Shown: positions 62,829-64,000 of the stretch, one piece after another | Layout: each line of letters opens with the position of its first letter | Numbering within the stretch: position 1 is the stretch's first letter | Origin: Nitrospirota bacterium | GTDB taxonomy: Bacteria; Nitrospirota; UBA9217 | Direction of reading: 5' to 3' | DNA length: 64,000 nucleotides | Assembly: GCA_963737155.1 (NCBI GenBank) | Contig: CAVTRN010000002.1 | Span: 2,400,001-2,464,000, forward strand | Translations under genes and position numbers: made by a program | The notes under the pieces: generated by a model | Seen by the model: the letters and a program-made list of their open reading frames with translations, nothing else | The model's database searches: none | Told to the model about the DNA's origin: nothing

Positions 62829-64000
62829 CTAAATATCCAGTTCTGCGAACTCTGCCCGTTCCTTGATAAATACAAACCGTGCCTTGGGGTCCTTACCCAT
62901 GAGCCGATCGAAGACATCGTCTGTCGCCTTATGGTCCACGACCTGGACTTTCATGAGAGAGCGGGTTTTCGGGTTCATCGTGGTTTCCTTGAGTGTCTCA
63001 GGATTCATTTCTCCCAGACCTTTAAACCGTCCAACCTCGAACTTCTTGCCGTTAAGTTTCGCGAGAATTTTTTCTTTTTCCATCTCATCCATGGCATATA
63101 AAACCTCTTTTCCAACCTCAATCTTGTAGAGCGGCGGCATGGCAAGATAAATGTGGCCGTGAGCAATTAATTCGGGTATGTAACGATAAATGAACGTCAG
63201 CAGCAGAACACTGATATGTGCGCCATCAACATCAGCATCGGTCATAAGGATTATGCGGCTGTACCGGAGTCTGGTAATGTCTAAATGGTCGCCTACGCCG
63301 CAGCCGAGTGTGGCAAGAAGGTTCTTGATTTCGTTGTTCGTCTGGATTTTCTCGAGTGATGCCACCTGCTCCACGTTCAGGATCTTGCCGCGAAGAGAAA
63401 GCACCGCCTGAGTCTTACGGTCGCGAGCCATCTTGGCCGAACCGCCTGCCGAGTCGCCTTCCACGATGAAAAGTTCCGTTTCCTCAACTTTATTAGAAGA
63501 GCAGTCCGCAAGTTTTCCTGGAAGATTGAGCTTCAGGGACGACAGTTTGCGGATCACGTTCTCCTTGGCTGCACGGGACGCCAGCCTTGCTTCGGCGGCC
63601 AAGAGGACCCGTTTCACTACCGCATCGGCCATCGTCGGGTTCGCAAGCAGGTACGCTTCACAGGCGTTCTTAACCGACCCTTCAATGGGCGATGAAATCT
63701 CGGGATTGTTCAGCTTTTCCTTTGTCTGCCCTTGGAACTGTGGATTTTTTATGAGTACGCTTACGATGCCGTACAGCCCCTCGTACACGTCTTCGGGCGC
63801 TATGGACTTGATGTTTTTGGGGATCAGGCCTTTACGTTCCGCGTAAGCGCGCACAGCTTTCGTGAGCCCTGACCTTACCGCAAGCTCGTGGGTCCCCCCG
63901 TCAGACGTGTTGATAGAATTCGCATAAGAGTGGATTTCCATATCCGTTGCAAGGGTCCAGTGAACTGCGCACTCGATTTTAAAATCATCTTCCTTTTCAA
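62829..64000 (-). CDS. parE: Type IIA topoisomerase subunit B (ParE/GyrB), 5' end outside the window
   Basis: DGGTHE, FQGQTK, PGKLADC, VEGDSAGG, MTDADVDG, RFKGLGEM; frame is open to the window edge; ParE versus GyrB is inferred. Confidence 0.75.
   Translation of the reverse strand, partial: EKEDDFKIECAVHWTLATDMEIHSYANSINTSDGGTHELAVRSGLTKAVRAYAERKGLIPKNIKSIAPEDVYEGLYGIVSVLIKNPQFQGQTKEKLNNPEISSPIEGSVKNACEAYLLANPTMADAVVKRVLLAAEARLASRAAKENVIRKLSSLKLNLPGKLADCSSNKVEETELFIVEGDSAGGSAKMARDRKTQAVLSLRGKILNVEQVASLEKIQTNNEIKNLLATLGCGVGDHLDITRLRYSRIILMTDADVDGAHISVLLLTFIYRYIPELIAHGHIYLAMPPLYKIEVGKEVLYAMDEMEKEKILAKLNGKKFEVGRFKGLGEMNPETLKETTMNPKTRSLMKVQVVDHKATDDVFDRLMGKDPKARFVFIKERAEFAELDI

Overview
Bacterial chromosomal window; gene content and synteny (tsaE-CBS-nnr-acpS-pdxJ, rplI-dnaB, mutS-udg-nadK) suggest Nitrospirota or a related 'deltaproteobacteria-like' lineage (inference only). 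Left to right: a PAS hybrid kinase plus HD-GYP regulator pair beside a decayed MshEN-like fragment; housekeeping genes (rfaE2, eno, PGM/PMM, hisS, M48 peptidase, maf); a type IV pilus minor-pilin/PilY1 operon with two extra exported proteins; a sigma54-preceded Zn-ribbon microprotein; MEMO1; an IS200 element; dnaB-rplI-mutS-udg-nadK-tsaE-nnr-acpS-pdxJ-folD; a patatin-GDPD-GlpD lipid-recycling cluster; an AT-richer surface-glycan locus full of gene and IS relics; a DPM1-like/DUF2304/TMTC-like GT-C glycosylation operon; and the 3' part of a type IIA topoisomerase B subunit. Best novelty candidates: (1) an unannotated ~235-nt sRNA with its own promoter, rod-like fold and terminator (10867-11103, minus); (2) a structured RNA between rplI and dnaB; (3) a PilY1 carrying three Cys-stapled internal repeats; (4) a TPR-less TMTC-like glycosylation system; (5) a 4-Cys insert in DnaB. 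Two single-base frameshifts may be assembly errors. No tRNA, rRNA or CRISPR array was seen. All calls come from reading motifs by eye; no database searches were run.
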